Assembly: GCA_963801105.1 (NCBI GenBank)
Contig: CAWDDH010000003.1
Span: 3,642,056 to 3,706,055 of the forward strand
Origin: an uncultured Acidimicrobiia bacterium
Lineage (GTDB): Bacteria > Actinomycetota > Acidimicrobiia > IMCC26256 > JAENVU01
DNA: 64,000 nucleotides
Reading direction: 5' to 3'
This document shows positions 1 to 9,609 of the stretch, in pieces; the stretch's first letter is position 1, and each line of letters opens with the position of its first letter. The translations under genes and the position numbers were made by a program. The notes under the pieces were generated by a model. That model saw only the letters and a list, made by a program, of their open reading frames with translations, searched no databases and was not told where the DNA came from.

Positions 1-1186
1 GGTGATGAAGATGAGGCGGGCATCGTCGCCGATGCCGGCCTGCTGCATCGACTTGATGCTCACGCCGTGCGCGCCGAACTGCTCCGCGATACCGGCGAGC
101 ACACCGGGTTGATCCGCCACCTCGAGCTGCAGGTAGAACTGGCTCTCGACCTCGTCGATCGGACGGATGGGCTTGCGGGCGAGCGTGCCGATCGTGGCCC
201 CCCGCGCGCCACTCACGACGTTCTTCGCTGCGTCGATCACGTCGCCGAGCACCGCGCTCGCGGTCGGCGCGCCACCGGCGCCGCGGCCGTAGAACATCAG
301 CTCGCCGACGGCGTCGGCCTCTATGAACAACGCGTTGAACGACTCGCGCACCGATGCCAGCGGATGCGACATCGGGATCATCGTCGGGTGCACCCGGACG
401 GCAATGCCGTCGGGGGTCTCCTCCGCGACCGCGAGCAGCTTCACCGCGTAGCCGAGCCTGGCGGCCGACGCGATCTCGGCGATGGTCAGCTCGCTGATGC
501 CCTCGCGGTACACGTCCCCCGCCACGACCCGGGCGCCGAACGCGATCGACGCGATGATCGCGGCCTTCGCCGCCGCATCGAAGCCCTCGACATCGGCCGT
601 GGGGTCGCGTTCCGCGAATCCGAGCGTCTGGGCCTCGGCGAGCGCGTCGACTGAACGACGCGCCGGACTCGGACATGCGGCTCAGGATGAAGTTGGTCGT
701 GCCGTTGACGATCCCCATGACCCGCCGGATGCGGTCGCCGGCGAGCGACTCGCGCAGCGGCCGGATGAGCGGGATCCCACCGGCGACCGACGCCTCGAAC
801 AGGAGGTCCACCCCGGCACCCTCGGCCGTCGCGAAGAGCTCGCGCCCGACGTTGGCCAGGAGTTCCTTGTTGGCGGTCACGACCGGCTTGCCGGCCTTGA
901 GGGCCTCGATGATGTGTTCGCGTGCAGGCTCGATCCCGCCGATCACCTCGACCACGACGTCGACGTCGTCCGCGGTCACCACCGCGGCGCCGTCGTGGGT
1001 GAAGACCGACGCCGGCAACGCGACGTCGCGCTCGCGGGCGAGGTTGCGGACGGCGACGCGCGTCACCTCGAGCCGGACACCGGTGCGCGCCTCGATCTCG
1101 CTGCCGTTCTCCGTGATGAGCCGCACCAGCGCCGAGCCGACGTGGCCACAGCCGAGCAGTCCGACGTGCACCGATCGTGAAGTCAT
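1..1186 (-). CDS. hom: Homoserine dehydrogenase with C-terminal ACT domain (runs off window edge; +1 frameshift near 650)
   Basis: ATG at 1186 gives MTSRSVHVGLLGCGHVGS, VVTANKELLA, FEASVAGGIP, GIVNGTTNFIL; after the shift ALAEAQTLGFAERDPTADVEGFDAAAK, GRGAGGAPTASAV and ACT-like DQPGVLA. Follows argS-lysA as in other actinobacteria. Confidence 0.93.
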   Translation of the reverse strand, partial: MTSRSVHVGLLGCGHVGSALVRLITENGSEIEARTGVRLEVTRVAVRNLARERDVALPASVFTHDGAAVVTADDVDVVVEVIGGIEPAREHIIEALKAGKPVVTANKELLANVGRELFATAEGAGVDLLFEASVAGGIPLIRPLRESLAGDRIRRVMGIVNGTTNFILSRMSESGASFSRRARRGPDARIRGTRPHGRCRGLRCGGEGRDHRVDRVRRPGRGGGRVPRGHQRADHRRDRVGRQARLRGEAARGRGGDPRRHCRPGAPDDDPDVASAGIGARVVQRVVHRGRRRRRADVLRPRRRWRADRERGARRRDRRSEERREWRAGGHDRHARPQAHPSDRRGREPVLPAARGGGSTRCARRYRGAVRRARREHQVDAAGRHRRRCPPHLHH

Positions 1187-1216
1187 GGCAGGGAGTTTCG
1201 CACGGGATCCGAGCGC

Positions 1217-2467
1217 TCAGGCATCCAAACGGACGAGATCGTCGGGAGTCTCCCTGCGGACGACGATCCGGGCCGTCCCGTCGCGGAGGAAGACGACCGC
1301 CGGGCGAGGGACCTTGTTGTAGTTCCCGGCCATCGAATAGCCGTACGCGCCCGTCACCGGCGTCACGAGCAGGTCTCCGACCGCGACGTCGGCCGGGAGG
1401 TGAGCGTCCGGGACGATCACGTCTCCCTGCTCGCAGTGCTTGCCGGCCACGGAGGCGGCCAGGAGCCGCGCGGAGCCACGGGCGCGCGGGAGGTAGGCCT
1501 CGTACCCCGCGCCGTACAGCACCGGTCGGGGGTTGTCGCTCATCCCGCCGTCGACCGCGACATAGGTCCGGCCACCGGGGATCGCCTTGACCGTGCCGAC
1601 GCGATAGAGGGTCACGGCGGCGACGGCCGCGATCGACCGGCCGGGCTCGACCATGAGGCGGCGGTCGCCGATTCCGTTCCGCAACGCCGCCGCGTACTCG
1701 GACACCGAGGGATCCGGATCGCTCGCGAGGTACCGCGCGCCGAGACCGCCGCCGAGGTTGACGAGTGGGATCTCCACCCCGGTCGCCCGCTCGCATTCGT
1801 CGGCGAAGCGCGCGACCACACCGGCGGCCTCGGCGTAGGAGTCCAGCCGGAACACCTGGGACCCGATGTGTGCGTGGATCCCTCCGAAGCGGAGCTGGGT
1901 CGAACGTGCGACCCGGGCGACCGCCTCGGCCGCGGCACCGGTCGAGACGGTGAAGCCGAACTTCGAGTCGTCGGTGCCGGTCTGGATGAACTCGTGGGTG
2001 TGCGCTTCCACTCCCGGAGTCACCCGGACGAGGACCTCGCCGTCGAATCGAGCCGCCTCGAGCCGGCCGAGCTCGTCGAACGAGTCGGCGACGATCCGCC
2101 CCACGCCGGCGCGGTGCGCAGCAGCGATCTCGGCCTCGCTCTTGTTGTTGCCGTGCATCACGAGGCGCGCGGGCGGGAAGCCGGCGTGCAGCGCGACGTG
2201 GAGCTCACCGCCGGTGGCGACGTCGAGCAGCAGATCCTCCTCGTCGACCAGCCGGGCCATCGCGGTGCACAGGAACGCCTTGCCCGCGTAGGCGACGTTG
2301 CCCGCGCCGAAGCTCCCCACGTACGTCCGACAGCGCGCCCGAAGGTGCTCCTCGTCGTACACGAACAGCGGCGTACCGAACTCGTCGGCCAGTGCGTCGA
2401 GATCGGCCGCGGCCAGGGCGGGTGGCAGCAGCGTGACGTCGAAGGGCGCGTCGGCGGCGCTGGTCAC
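1217..2467 (-). CDS. lysA: Diaminopimelate decarboxylase
   Basis: YAGKAFL (PLP Lys), HGNNKS, SKFG, HIGSQ, NLGGG, EPGRS, GKHCEQGD, TGAYGYSM; GTGA overlap with argS stop. Confidence 0.97.
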   Translation of the reverse strand: MTSAADAPFDVTLLPPALAAADLDALADEFGTPLFVYDEEHLRARCRTYVGSFGAGNVAYAGKAFLCTAMARLVDEEDLLLDVATGGELHVALHAGFPPARLVMHGNNKSEAEIAAAHRAGVGRIVADSFDELGRLEAARFDGEVLVRVTPGVEAHTHEFIQTGTDDSKFGFTVSTGAAAEAVARVARSTQLRFGGIHAHIGSQVFRLDSYAEAAGVVARFADECERATGVEIPLVNLGGGLGARYLASDPDPSVSEYAAALRNGIGDRRLMVEPGRSIAAVAAVTLYRVGTVKAIPGGRTYVAVDGGMSDNPRPVLYGAGYEAYLPRARGSARLLAASVAGKHCEQGDVIVPDAHLPADVAVGDLLVTPVTGAYGYSMAGNYNKVPRPAVVFLRDGTARIVVRRETPDDLVRLDA

Positions 2468-4119
2468 TCGCCGTCCGGATCGTCGAGGCGCTCCATGGCG
2501 TCCGGCGCGGACACGCCCAGGATCCCGAGCGCGTTCGCGAGCCCGATCCGGACCGCCTCGACCAGCCAGAGGCGCGCCTGGGTGAGCGCGTCGTCGTCGG
2601 TGATGACCCGGCAGTCGCGGTAGAAGCCGTGGAGGCGCGCGGCGAAGTCGCGCACCCAGGTCGTGACCCGGTGCGGCGCGCGGAGCTCGGCCGCGCTGCG
2701 CATGACGTCGGGATACTCGGCGAGCGCACGCAGGAGATCGAGCTCGCGCTCGTGCGTGAGCAGCGCAAGGTCCACGGAATCGAGCGGCGCGCGCGTGATA
2801 CCGGCCTCCGCGGCCTTGCGGCCGATCGATGCCACACGCGCGTGCGCGTACTGGACGTAGAAGACGGGGTTCTCCATCGACTGCGTGGTCACGACGTCGA
2901 GGTCGAACGTCATCGCCGTGTCGATGCCCTGGAGCAGGAACGTGAGGCGCGCGACGTCCGGATCGACGTCGTCGAGGATGTCCGCGAGCGTGATCACGTT
3001 CCCGGTCCGCTTCGAGATCCGCACGACCGCCCCGTCCTTCACCAGCGTCACGAGCTGGCCCAGGATGATCTCGGGCTCAGGCGCGGCGTCGGTCCCGATG
3101 CCGAGTGCGCGCAGCCCGACCTGGACCGACTTCACCTGCCCGTGGTGGTCGGCACCCCAGATGTCGATCAGGTGGTCCCACCCACGCGCCACCTTGTCGC
3201 GGTGGTAGGCCAGGTCGTTGGCGAGGTACGTGGTCGTGCCGCTGCTGCGCACGAGGACCCGGTCGCGCTGGTCGCCGAGCGCCTCACTGGCCAGCCACTC
3301 GGCACCGTCCTGCTCGTAGGTGTGCCCACCGGCGCGCAGCGCGTCGAGCACGCCGGCGACGTCACCGCGAGCGTGCAGCGTCCGCTCCGAGAACCACGTG
3401 TCGAACTCCACGCCGACCCGTCCGAGGTCCTCGCGCAGCCCCGCCACGATCTCCCGGTAGCCCCAGTCCGCGGCCGCCTCGGTGGTGACGTCGTCGCCGA
3501 GGGCGGCGCGCAGCTCCTCGGCCATCTCGCCCACGTAGGCGCCCCGGTAGCCGTCATCGGGGATCTCGGTCCCGTGGTAGCGGGCCATGAGGGAGGCGGT
3601 GAAGGTGTCGAGCTGGGTCCCGGCGTCGTTGAGGTAGTACTCCCGGTGCACCGTCGCGTCCTGGGCCGCCAGGAGGTTCGCGATCGCGTCGCCCACCATC
3701 ACCCAGCGGCCACCGCCGGCGTGGAGCGGACCGGTCGGGTTGGCGGAGACGAACTCGAGGTTCACCTTCAGCCCGGTGTACGCGGTCCCCCGCCCGAACC
3801 CCGTGCCCCCCGCGACGGCCGCCCCGAGGACATCGTGCAGCCATGTCGGCGCCAGGAAGAAGTTGACGAAACCCGGCCCGGCGATCTCGATCCGCTGCAC
3901 GTGCCGGGGTCGTGCCGCCTCGAGCGCGGCGACGAGGCGTTCGGCGACGGCACGGGGCGCCACGCCGGCCGGCTTGGCGAGGACGAGCGCCACGTTGGTC
4001 TGCCAGTCGCCGTGCTCGCGGGCCTTGGCCGGCGAGACCTCCACCCCCCGAGGTGGCTCCGGCAGACCGGCCGCGACGAGGGCCGCGGCGATGGCGGTCG
4101 AGAGGTCGTCGGCAATCAC
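2464..4119 (-). CDS. argS: Arginine--tRNA ligase
   Basis: HGDWQTN, IAGPGFVN, EFVSANPTGPLHAGGGR (HIGH-like), WGADHHG, ISKRTG, NPVFYVQYAHAR. Start placed at GTG 4119; the ORF-track extension to 4287 looks non-coding. Confidence 0.96.
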   Translation of the reverse strand: MIADDLSTAIAAALVAAGLPEPPRGVEVSPAKAREHGDWQTNVALVLAKPAGVAPRAVAERLVAALEAARPRHVQRIEIAGPGFVNFFLAPTWLHDVLGAAVAGGTGFGRGTAYTGLKVNLEFVSANPTGPLHAGGGRWVMVGDAIANLLAAQDATVHREYYLNDAGTQLDTFTASLMARYHGTEIPDDGYRGAYVGEMAEELRAALGDDVTTEAAADWGYREIVAGLREDLGRVGVEFDTWFSERTLHARGDVAGVLDALRAGGHTYEQDGAEWLASEALGDQRDRVLVRSSGTTTYLANDLAYHRDKVARGWDHLIDIWGADHHGQVKSVQVGLRALGIGTDAAPEPEIILGQLVTLVKDGAVVRISKRTGNVITLADILDDVDPDVARLTFLLQGIDTAMTFDLDVVTTQSMENPVFYVQYAHARVASIGRKAAEAGITRAPLDSVDLALLTHERELDLLRALAEYPDVMRSAAELRAPHRVTTWVRDFAARLHGFYRDCRVITDDDALTQARLWLVEAVRIGLANALGILGVSAPDAMERLDDPDGE

Positions 4120-4354
4120 GGCAGTCGCAGGGCCCGGCGGGAGAAAGGACGGAGGATTCGTGACCATACTGTCCGGACTGCTCGGTCCCGACGTGCAATC
4201 GGGGTCGGGCGGCGCGATCTGTTCGGGCACGGTGCGACCACCCGTCGCGCGACGGATAATCTGGACATCCTTCCGGAGATTGGACACAACGGTCCGGGAG
4301 CATCATCGAGGGGCGGCGCAGCGTGACCACACGACTGCGATCGGGAGGAGGATC

Positions 4355-5233
4355 GTGGCACGACAAGGCGGATTGGGGCGCGGCCTGGCCTCGTTGTTGC
4401 CGGCCGCTTCGGAGCCCCATCCCGTCGGCCACATCCTCGCTCCGTTGACGGAGGGCGACGACGTGAGTGACCTCGGGACCGCGATGGTCGACGAGCTCGC
4501 AACCAGCCAGAGCGGTCTCGCGATCATCTACCACGCGCTCGACACGCTCGTCGCGGAGCACGACCTGCGCGACGCCGCGGTCGTGATCCAGGAACCGGGA
4601 CTCGGACGCCAGGTGTTCCGCGCCGGTCGACGACCCCTCGACGACCCCGGCGGTGAGGCGCTGCTCGACGCTCCTGCGGGGCTCTACACCGATCCCGCGG
4701 TCGACGCCGGAACCGTCGACGCGACGCTCGTCACGAGCCTCTGCGTGGTCGCGCTGCGGATGGAGATGCTGCGCTACGACTCGTGGCACGACGGGCTCAC
4801 CGAGCTGTTCGACCGCAGGACCTTCGACCGGTTGCTCGAGATGTCGGTGGCGCGCAGCGTGCGGTACCGGTGGCCGTTCACGCTCGTGCTGGTGGACCTC
4901 GACGAGCTCAAGCAGATCAACGACAGCGAGGGCCACCAGGCCGGCGACGCGGCGATCCGTGCGCTGGGTGAGCGCTTCCGGCGGGTGCTGCGCTTCGGCG
5001 ACAACGCCGCCCGCATCGGGGGCGACGAGTTCGCGTTGATCCTCCCGAGCACCGATCCCGACGACGTCCCGCCGCTGCTCGAGCGAATCGGTGCGGCCGA
5101 CGTCGGCCAGCGCAGCTGCCCGCCGTTCTCCTACGGAATCGCGCACTGTCCGACCGAGGCCGAGTCGACCGAGGAGCTCGTCGCCCTGGCCGACCAGCGA
5201 CTCTACGAAGCGAAGGCGGCGCGTCGTGCCTGA
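4355..5233 (+). CDS. GGDEF diguanylate cyclase with N-terminal ParB-like GLGRGL peptide
   Basis: Strong SD GGAGGAGG just before GTG 4355; DGLTELFDRR, DLDELKQINDSEGHQAGD, RFGD (RxxD I-site) five residues before GGDEF, ADQRLYEAK. Confidence 0.9.
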   Translation: MARQGGLGRGLASLLPAASEPHPVGHILAPLTEGDDVSDLGTAMVDELATSQSGLAIIYHALDTLVAEHDLRDAAVVIQEPGLGRQVFRAGRRPLDDPGGEALLDAPAGLYTDPAVDAGTVDATLVTSLCVVALRMEMLRYDSWHDGLTELFDRRTFDRLLEMSVARSVRYRWPFTLVLVDLDELKQINDSEGHQAGDAAIRALGERFRRVLRFGDNAARIGGDEFALILPSTDPDDVPPLLERIGAADVGQRSCPPFSYGIAHCPTEAESTEELVALADQRLYEAKAARRA

Positions 5234-5963
5234 CAGTGACGTCGGTCCCGTGAACCTCGACGACCTCGAGCTCGAGCTCCGCAAGCTTCCCGGCGTCCGC
5301 GCGGCCGGGTTCACCGATCGCGAAGACATGCTGATCGTGCAGGTCCAGGTCGCGGGCGACGATCCGGCCGCCGGGCTCGCGCACCAGGCCGCGCGTATCG
5401 CCTACCGGCACGCCGACAAGCCGGTCGCGCTCGAGGTCGTCCGCTGGCGGACCGTCGTCGGCCCCGGTGCGTCCGGACCGCCGGCCGTCACGGGTTCGAG
5501 CACGAACGACGCCACCAGCGCCATCGCGCCGCCGACCGACGACGACGCGGTGGAGGAGCCCGTTCGCGCTCGGGCCACCGACGACGCGGCCCGCGGACCA
5601 CGCGTCCGGCTGCTCGCGGTCCTGACCTTCCCCGACACCGACGAGCTCGAGGTCCACCTCACCTACGGCGGTCGGCGCGTGATCGGACGGGCCAGCGCGA
5701 GCACCGGGGTCAGCGGCGCGGTCGGCGCGACGATCGAAGGACTTCGCTCCTTCGTTCCCGACCTCGATGCCGATCTGCTCTGGGCCGAGGAGCTCGCGGG
5801 CCACGACGCCGCGCACGCGTCGGTCGTCGCGTGCGCGGTCGCCGTCGGGACGAGCCCGGTGCTCGGCATCGCGGCGGGTGGCAGCCGCATCGAGGCCGCG
5901 GCCCGCGCCACGCTCCACGCCTTGAACCGCACGCTCGAGGGCCGCACCGAGGACGCCGAGTAG
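5226..5963 (+). CDS. Hypothetical protein overlapping the DGC stop; C-terminus EAAARATLHALNR
   Basis: GTG at 5226 overlaps DGC TGA (alternative start 5250); GC-rich third positions; two apparent domains joined by a Pro/Ala/Thr linker. Confidence 0.75.
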   Translation: MPDSDVGPVNLDDLELELRKLPGVRAAGFTDREDMLIVQVQVAGDDPAAGLAHQAARIAYRHADKPVALEVVRWRTVVGPGASGPPAVTGSSTNDATSAIAPPTDDDAVEEPVRARATDDAARGPRVRLLAVLTFPDTDELEVHLTYGGRRVIGRASASTGVSGAVGATIEGLRSFVPDLDADLLWAEELAGHDAAHASVVACAVAVGTSPVLGIAAGGSRIEAAARATLHALNRTLEGRTEDAE

Positions 5964-6017
5964 GCGGCACCCCGGCCCCGGGCGATACGGGGCCCGGTTG
6001 GTAGGCTCCCCCGCCTC

Positions 6018-6089
6018 GCCCTCGTAGCTCAGCGGATAGAGCATCGGCCTCCGGAGCCGTGTGCGCAGGTTCGAGTCCTGCCGAGGGCG
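6018..6089 (+). tRNA. tRNA-Arg (anticodon CCG), CCA not encoded
   Basis: Acceptor GCCCTCG/CGAGGGC, D arm TAGCTCAGCGGATAGAGC, anticodon loop CT-CCG-GA, T arm GCAGG-TTCGAGT-CCTGC; TAGGCT -10-like hexamer at 6002-6007. Confidence 0.97.
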
Positions 6090-6094
6090 CAAGA

Positions 6095-6114
6095 CGCCGA
6101 TGCCAGCATCGGCG
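6095..6114 (+). terminator. Hairpin immediately 3' of the tRNA
   Basis: CGCCGATG-CCAG-CATCGGCG, perfect 8-bp stem, no U-tract. Confidence 0.45.
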
Positions 6115-6152
6115 ATCGACGCGGATTCATCGCAAGGTCGGGGGGACCACGG

Positions 6153-7280
6153 ATGAAGCGGAGTGCAGTCGAGCGCCGGCGACGAAACCGAGGAACACGG
6201 CTCCTGGCGGTGATCGCGACCCTGGCGGCCGCCACCCTCACGTTCGGTGCGACCGGAGCCGCCGCCCGTTCCGATCGGACCGACCACGCCCGCCGCGGTC
6301 GCGACCGGCTCGAGCACGTCTTCGTGATCGTGCTCGAGAACTACAAGGCCGAGGATGTCACGCCGGCCACGGCACCGTTCCTCACCTGGATCACCCGCGC
6401 CGGGGTCTCGCTCGACCAGATGTACGGGGTCGACCACGCGAGCCTCTCGAACTACATCGCGATGACGAGTGGGAACACCCCCAACGCGAAGACCAAGGCC
6501 GACTGTTTCCTGTACGACTGCATCGTCGAGCCGCCCCAGGACGCCAACATCGGCGACCAGCTCGAAGCCCACGGGCTCGACTGGAGGGCCTACCTGGAGT
6601 CGATGCCGGCGCCGTGCAGCCATCCGACGGTGTCGGGTCAGCTCGATCCGTATCTGGTCGGGTACGCGACTCGGCACAACCCGTTCGTCTACTACCGCGA
6701 CGTCGTCGGTCCGGACATCACCGTGGCATCGCCGCGGTGCGTCCGCCACGACGTGCCCTTCACACAGTTCTCGAACGACCTCTCGCACCATCGGGTGCCG
6801 AACTACTCCTTCATCGTCCCGGACACCTGCAACGACGCGCACGACCGCGGCGCGTCCTGCGCGCTGCCGACCGCCGATGCGTGGCTGATCCGGAACGTGC
6901 CGGCGATCCTCGCGTCGCCGGAGTACCGCCATCACGGCGCGCTCATCGTCACCTTCGACGAGTCGGAAGGCACCGACAGCCGCGGATGCTGTGGCAACGC
7001 CGTGGGCGGCCGGATCTTCACGAGCGTGCTCTCACCGTTCGTGACCCACCCGGGGACGCACAGCTCCGTCCCGTACAACCACTACTCCGTGCTCCGGTCG
7101 ATCGAGGACGCCTTCGGGCTGGGCTGTCTCGGTCACGCGTGCGACGCCTCGACGACGCCGTTCGGGCCCGACGTCTGGTCACTCGGCGGGCGGCACCACG
7201 GGAGCCATGGTGGCCACGAGAACCATGACGGCCACGGGCGCCACCGGCGCCCGCCGGGCCGGGATTCCCGGGGCGACTGA
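6153..7280 (+). CDS. Secreted phosphoesterase / acid phosphatase (SapM/AcpA-like)
   Basis: Arg-rich n-region plus hydrophobic signal; HVFVIVLEN, HASLSNYIAMTSG, HNPFVYY, CNDAHD, VTFDE, YNHYSVLRSIEDAFGL; His/Gly-rich tail. Confidence 0.88.
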   Translation: MKRSAVERRRRNRGTRLLAVIATLAAATLTFGATGAAARSDRTDHARRGRDRLEHVFVIVLENYKAEDVTPATAPFLTWITRAGVSLDQMYGVDHASLSNYIAMTSGNTPNAKTKADCFLYDCIVEPPQDANIGDQLEAHGLDWRAYLESMPAPCSHPTVSGQLDPYLVGYATRHNPFVYYRDVVGPDITVASPRCVRHDVPFTQFSNDLSHHRVPNYSFIVPDTCNDAHDRGASCALPTADAWLIRNVPAILASPEYRHHGALIVTFDESEGTDSRGCCGNAVGGRIFTSVLSPFVTHPGTHSSVPYNHYSVLRSIEDAFGLGCLGHACDASTTPFGPDVWSLGGRHHGSHGGHENHDGHGRHRRPPGRDSRGD

Positions 7281-7341
7281 GGCTCAGGTCGCCCGACCGG
7301 AGCGCCGATGACCCTGTGGTACCTCGCCTCAGGGAGTCCGC

Positions 7342-8871
7342 GTGGCCACAATCGACGAAGCACCACCGTCCGGCCCGGCCCGGCCGTATCGGGGGCCGGA
7401 CCGACGCGGTGTCGCGCGCTTCGTCGTCCCCGCGGGCATCCCCACCGCGCTCCTCGTCGGACTCGCAATCCTGGCGCTGGCGACCGGGCCACACCTCGTC
7501 GTCCACGCCTCGCCGGCCGTGTTCGTCGAGCTCCGCGCGGTCGCAGCGACACTCGCGCTCCTCGGTGGCATCGCCTGCCTCCTGCGCTGGCGGCTCGACG
7601 GGATCGCGATGGGCTGGTGGTGCGGATGGGCGCTGCTGGTGATCGGGGTCGGCCAGCTCAGCCTCGAGCCGGTCGCCAGCCCCAGCACCCACGCCATCGA
7701 GCTCGCCACCTACATCGTGGCGGTCGTGCTGTTCGGACGCGCCGTCGTCGGCCCGGAGGTCGATGCGACGATCCACGTCGGGGCCACCGTCGCGATGGTC
7801 ACCGCGGGCGCTGCGCTCGCGACGGTCCCGGCCCTCGTCGTCGGCCGCTCCACGTCGGCCGCGGGCGCCGCGCTGGCGATCTCCGGCGCCCTCTGGATCG
7901 CGGTCGCCCTGGCCGCGTTCCTCCAGTCCCGGCGGGGACGCCAGCACCCGGAAGCCGGTTGGATCATCCCGGTGGCGGTGGCCTTCGGGCTGGCCGAGAT
8001 CATGCCCGAGCTCCTGCACCACCAGGGAACGGCGCTGCTCGCCGACCGATCCTTCGAGCTGGCCGCGACGAGCCTCGCGTGCGTCGGCGCACTCGGCGGC
8101 CTCGTCCGCGCCGCGGTCCACCACCGCACGCGCGCCCTCCGCGAGCACATCGACCACGAGCGCGAGATCGCCAACCGCCAGCGCGTCGAGGAGTCCTTCG
8201 CCGACCGGCTCCACGAGATGCGTTCCACGGTGGTGGCGATCGAAGGCGGCGTCGAGACCTGGGCTCCCGAGCTCGCGGCCAGCACGGACGCAACGCTGCG
8301 TGCGGCGCTCATCGCCGAGATCCGACGCCTCCGGACGCTCGTGAACGAGTCCCCCGCGGCCGCGGGCGTCGAGGCGTTCGACATCGAGACGGCCCTGATG
8401 CCCACGATCGCCCTGCACCGGGCGAACGGGCAGGTCGTGACGTTCGAATGCGACGGTGCCTGCAGCGCGGTGGGCCGCCCGGCCGAGGTGGCCCAGGTGG
8501 TGCACGGCCTGCTCGCCAATGCCGCCAAGTACGCGCCCGGGTCACCGGTCCTGGTCCGTGTGCACCATGCCCTCGACGAGATCGCGATCCGCGTCCAGGA
8601 CGAGGGGCCGGGGATCGACCCCGTCTACTGGGACCAGATCTTCGAGCGGGGGGTCCGGCTCGAGGGCACCCGGGCCGAGGGATCCGGGATCGGGCTGAGT
8701 GTGGGCCGCCGGTTGATCCGGAGCCAGGACGGCGACCTCTGGGTCGAGGAGGCCCCGACGGGTGGCGCCGCCTTCCTCATCTCGATCCCGGCCGCACCGG
8801 CCCTCAGGGTCGTGGCCGGGCGTGCCGAAGCATCTCCCGTGATGTCCCCGTCCATCCAGGAGGCCCGGTGA
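7342..8871 (+). CDS. Multi-TM sensor histidine kinase
   Basis: About 7 hydrophobic segments, H-box LHEMRST, N-box LLANAAKYA, G1 DEGPGI, F-box IFERG, G2 GSGIGL. Confidence 0.92.
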   Translation: MATIDEAPPSGPARPYRGPDRRGVARFVVPAGIPTALLVGLAILALATGPHLVVHASPAVFVELRAVAATLALLGGIACLLRWRLDGIAMGWWCGWALLVIGVGQLSLEPVASPSTHAIELATYIVAVVLFGRAVVGPEVDATIHVGATVAMVTAGAALATVPALVVGRSTSAAGAALAISGALWIAVALAAFLQSRRGRQHPEAGWIIPVAVAFGLAEIMPELLHHQGTALLADRSFELAATSLACVGALGGLVRAAVHHRTRALREHIDHEREIANRQRVEESFADRLHEMRSTVVAIEGGVETWAPELAASTDATLRAALIAEIRRLRTLVNESPAAAGVEAFDIETALMPTIALHRANGQVVTFECDGACSAVGRPAEVAQVVHGLLANAAKYAPGSPVLVRVHHALDEIAIRVQDEGPGIDPVYWDQIFERGVRLEGTRAEGSGIGLSVGRRLIRSQDGDLWVEEAPTGGAAFLISIPAAPALRVVAGRAEASPVMSPSIQEAR

Positions 8872-9609
8872 CCGGCGCTGCAGTCGACGACCACTGGTCC
8901 GGCGTATCGGCGTCGTCGACCTCGGAGCCGGCCGTCGCCCGCGCGCCTGGCCATCGTCGAGGATCACGCGCTGCTGGCCCAGTCCCTGGCGTTCGCGCTG
9001 ATGAACCTCGGCGTCGACGTGATGGTGGTCGCCGACCTCAGTCCCGCAGCCGTCGTCGAGACGCTGCGGGCCAACCAGCCCGACATGGTCCTGCTCGACT
9101 TCGACCTCGGCGACGCGGGAGTCGGTCTCGACCTGATCCCCTTCATCACCGAGCTCGGTCTCCGGGTCGTGATGCTCACAGGCGAGAAGAGCCCGATCAC
9201 CCTCGCCGAGTGCGTCGAGGCCGGTGCGATCGGCATCATCGACAAGTCCGAGCCGTTCGCGCGGCTCATCGAGCAGGTCAGCGATGTCGCCGACGGTCGG
9301 GGGATCCTGAGCCGACCGGCACGCGACGCGCTCCTGGCCGATCTCCGTGCACACCGCACCCAGGTGAGCCAGCAGCTCTCGCCGTTCCAGCGGCTGACCG
9401 TGCGCGAGAGCGAGGTCCTCCAGGACCTCGTCGAGGGCAAGAACGCGGAGCGCATCGCCGAGGACAGCTACGTCTCGGTGGCGACCGTCCGGTCACACAT
9501 CAAGGCCGTGCTCGCCAAGCTGGGCGTCAACAGCCAGCTGGCCGCGGTCGCGATGGTGCGGCGCGCGGGCTGGTCGACCGGCGACCGCCGGCCCGCCGCC
9601 GACGACTGA
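8868..9609 (+). CDS. NarL/LuxR-family response regulator (apparent frameshift near 8940)
   Basis: Receiver LAIVEDH..VLLDFDL..MLTG..IDKS and LuxR HTH LTVRESEVL..VSVATVRSHIKAVLAKLGVNSQ. SD-preceded GTG at 8868 (GTGA overlap with kinase stop) is out of frame with LAIVEDH. Confidence 0.9.

Noticed and set aside
4120-4354. T-box or riboswitch upstream of argS or the DGC
   Set aside because: No T-box or c-di-GMP riboswitch consensus recognised; only a short TGGACA direct repeat of unclear significance.
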